Shown: in pieces, positions 61,986-64,000 of the stretch | Layout of the letters: each line of letters begins with the position of its first letter | How positions within the stretch are numbered: position 1 is the first letter of the stretch | Source: an archaeon | Lineage (GTDB): Archaea > Nanobdellota > Nanobdellia > Woesearchaeales > GW2011-AR15 | DNA length: 64,000 nt | Assembly: GCA_043826135.1 (NCBI GenBank) | Contig: JBDRQT010000005.1 | Coordinates: 70,255-134,254 of the forward strand | Direction of reading: 5' to 3' | Position numbers and translations under genes: made by a program | Notes under the pieces: model-generated | Seen by the model: the letters and a program-made list of their open reading frames with translations, nothing else | Database searches by the model: none | What the model was told of the DNA's origin: nothing

Positions 61986-64000
61986 ATGGAAATACCAAAT
62001 GCATATGACCCTCATATATCAGAGAAAAAATGGCAGAAACACTGGGAAGATAAACAGGTTTTCAAGTTTGATGTAAGTGACACTGAAAGAGAGCTTTTTG
62101 TGATAGATACTCCACCTCCCACTGTTTCAGGAAACATGCATCTTGGGCATTCCTTTTCATATTCCCAGAATGATTTTATTGCAAGATACCAGAGGATGAG
62201 AGGAAAGAATGTCTTTTATCCTTATGGAACAGATGATAATGGTCTTGCAACAGAGAGATTAGTTGAAAAAATTAATAATGTAAGATCTGTCAAGATGAAA
62301 AGGTCAGAGTTCATCAAGCTCTGCCTTGATACCCTTGAAAAGATAAGGCCGGCTTTTGTGCAGGACTGGAAAAATATCGGGATGAGCTGTGATTTCTCAC
62401 TTTTCTATTCAACAATAAATGATCATTGCAGAAAGATAAGCCAGAAATCATTTATCGATCTCTATGAAAAAGGTAGGGAATACAGAAAAGAATCACCTTC
62501 AATATGGTGTCCCGAATGCCAGACCGCCATCGCTCAGGTGGAGCTTGAAGACAAGGAACTTGAAAGCACATTCAATGATATAGTATTCAAAATAGGCGAT
62601 GATAAACTGATTATCGCTACCACAAGGCCGGAACTTTTGTCAAGCTGCGTTGCTGTCTTTGTACATCCAGATGATGACAGGTATAAAAAATATGTCGGAA
62701 AAAAAGCAACTGTTCCGGTTTTTAATCATCTGGTCCCGATACTGGCAGATTCAAGAGCCAATATGGAAAAAGGAACTGGCGCTGTCATGTGCTGCACATT
62801 CGGGGACCAGACAGACATAGAGTGGTTTAAGGCACATAACCTTCCGCTAAGGATATCTATTGGTAAAGACGGAAGGATGACTCAGCTTTCAGGAAAATAT
62901 GAAGGAAAAAAAGCTCATGAAGCAAGAAAAGAAATAATTGAGGATATGAAATCTCTAGGTCTTCTTCTCACCCAGAAAAGCATAAAGCATGCTGTAAATG
63001 TCCATGAAAGGTGCGGCACACCTATCGAAATTCTGAATACAAAACAATGGTTCATCAGATACCTTGATCTCAAGGATCAGTTCACGAAGAATGGTGACGA
63101 ACTTACATGGTATCCTCAGTTCATGAAATCCAGGCTCACGAATTGGATAAATGGGCTTCAATGGGACTGGTGCATCTCAAGGCAAAGGCATTTTGGCGTC
63201 CCTATACCTGTATGGTATTGCACCAAATGCGACCATGAAGTGCTGGCAGAAGAAAAAGATCTTCCAGTTGATCCTATCGAAAATAAACCAACAATTGCTA
63301 AATGCCCCAAATGCGGTAATGGTGAGTTTGTGCCTGAAAAAGACATACTGGATACTTGGGCAACATCATCACTTACTCCGTTACTTGCAGGAGAGCTTAT
63401 CAAAGGAACTCCAAATTATGAAAGGATTTATCCAATGGATCTAAGGCCGCAGGCGCATGACATCATTACTTTCTGGCTTTTCAATACAATGGTAAAAAGC
63501 CAGCTTCATGAAAAGAGGAATCCTTGGAAAAATGTAATGATCTCAGGTTGGGCTCTTGATCCGCACGGAAAAAAGATGTCCAAAAGCAAAGGCAATGTTA
63601 TTGCGCCACAAGGAATGATTGAAAAATACAGCGCAGATGCACTCAGATTCTGGGCAGCCGGATCAAAATTAGGAGACGATCTGCCGTTCCAGGAAAAGGA
63701 TCTCGTCACAGGCAAGAAAACAATCAATAAGATATGGAACGCATCAAAATTCGCAATCAGCCACCTTGAAGACTTCAAGTATGAAGGAGAAGATCTCGAA
63801 CTTATGGACAGATGGATATTATCTAAGCTCCAAACACTAATCAAAACTTGCACAGAATCTTTTGATCAGTATGAATATTCAAAGGCTAAGCAAGAAGCTG
63901 AATTTTTCTTCTGGCATGTGCTGTGTGATAATTACCTTGAGATAATCAAGGATAGGTTATACAACGGAGAGAGCTATCATAAAGGTGCTAGAGTATCAGC
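61986..64000 (+). CDS. valS: Valyl-tRNA synthetase (3'-truncated by the window end; not in the ORF track because it has no stop)
   Basis: Hand translation from the ATG at 61986 (AAGGTG upstream) gives MEIPNAYDPHISEKKWQKHWEDKQVFKF...IDTPPPTVSGNMHLGHSFSYSQNDFIARYQRMRGKNVFYPYGTDDNGLATE. KMSKS (GKKMSKSKGNV) lies near 63570. The frame is open to 64000. Confidence 0.85.
   Translation, partial: MEIPNAYDPHISEKKWQKHWEDKQVFKFDVSDTERELFVIDTPPPTVSGNMHLGHSFSYSQNDFIARYQRMRGKNVFYPYGTDDNGLATERLVEKINNVRSVKMKRSEFIKLCLDTLEKIRPAFVQDWKNIGMSCDFSLFYSTINDHCRKISQKSFIDLYEKGREYRKESPSIWCPECQTAIAQVELEDKELESTFNDIVFKIGDDKLIIATTRPELLSSCVAVFVHPDDDRYKKYVGKKATVPVFNHLVPILADSRANMEKGTGAVMCCTFGDQTDIEWFKAHNLPLRISIGKDGRMTQLSGKYEGKKAHEARKEIIEDMKSLGLLLTQKSIKHAVNVHERCGTPIEILNTKQWFIRYLDLKDQFTKNGDELTWYPQFMKSRLTNWINGLQWDWCISRQRHFGVPIPVWYCTKCDHEVLAEEKDLPVDPIENKPTIAKCPKCGNGEFVPEKDILDTWATSSLTPLLAGELIKGTPNYERIYPMDLRPQAHDIITFWLFNTMVKSQLHEKRNPWKNVMISGWALDPHGKKMSKSKGNVIAPQGMIEKYSADALRFWAAGSKLGDDLPFQEKDLVTGKKTINKIWNASKFAISHLEDFKYEGEDLELMDRWILSKLQTLIKTCTESFDQYEYSKAKQEAEFFFWHVLCDNYLEIIKDRLYNGESYHKGARVS

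Noticed and set aside
62955-63853. Minus- and plus-strand ORFs of 68-115 aa listed in the ORF track within 62.9-63.9 kb
   Set aside because: All lie inside the open valS reading frame (61986 to the window end), which has clear class I synthetase motifs including KMSKS. They are shadow ORFs.

Overview
Visibly AT-rich, compact, gene-dense archaeal chromosome fragment. It most resembles a small-genome, DPANN-like archaeon, though that placement is inference from gene content. Archaeal housekeeping genes are clear: PCNA, RNase J, aIF5A, RadA, an RPA-like OB-fold protein, Ogg-type glycosylase, GatD, AsnRS and ValRS (3'-truncated at the window end). There are four minus-strand tRNAs, and three carry long anticodon-loop introns of 48, 76 and 85 nt. 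Many starts were re-picked using a G-rich SD-like motif (GGGGG/AGGTG) 6-10 nt upstream of an ATG, for example at 2582, 10805, 31357, 34593, 34917, 40794, 40961 and 54719. The main candidate for something undescribed is a four-member paralogous family of secreted, cysteine-rich proteins at 6037-10758, 10805-14872, 35947-40794 (minus strand) and 47138-48541. All four begin with a pilin-like K-[A/S]-Q plus hydrophobic N-terminus and share a ~280-aa N-terminal module, then diverge. Two end in a degenerate metallophosphoesterase-like domain, one in ~1000 aa of EGF-like Cys-rich repeats, and one in an HExxH domain. A DsbB/BdbC-type disulfide oxidoreductase lies just downstream of the tandem pair. 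A separate five-gene, translationally coupled operon of class-III-signal (archaeal type IV pilin-like) proteins sits at 51296-54638, with no assembly ATPase or prepilin peptidase in the window. Other oddities are listed here:
- an aIF5A whose hypusine lysine is replaced by Thr
- a ~30-nt GC-rich palindromic element present three times
- degenerate tandem copies of an ABC-permease gene tail
- a perfect 26-bp tandem repeat in a promoter region
- a Zot-like ATPase/AbrB/XRE cluster
- a PflB/PflA glycyl-radical pair
- a GC-rich structured-RNA candidate
No rRNA, CRISPR array, transposase or integrase was seen. All function calls rest on motif recognition by eye; no database search was run.
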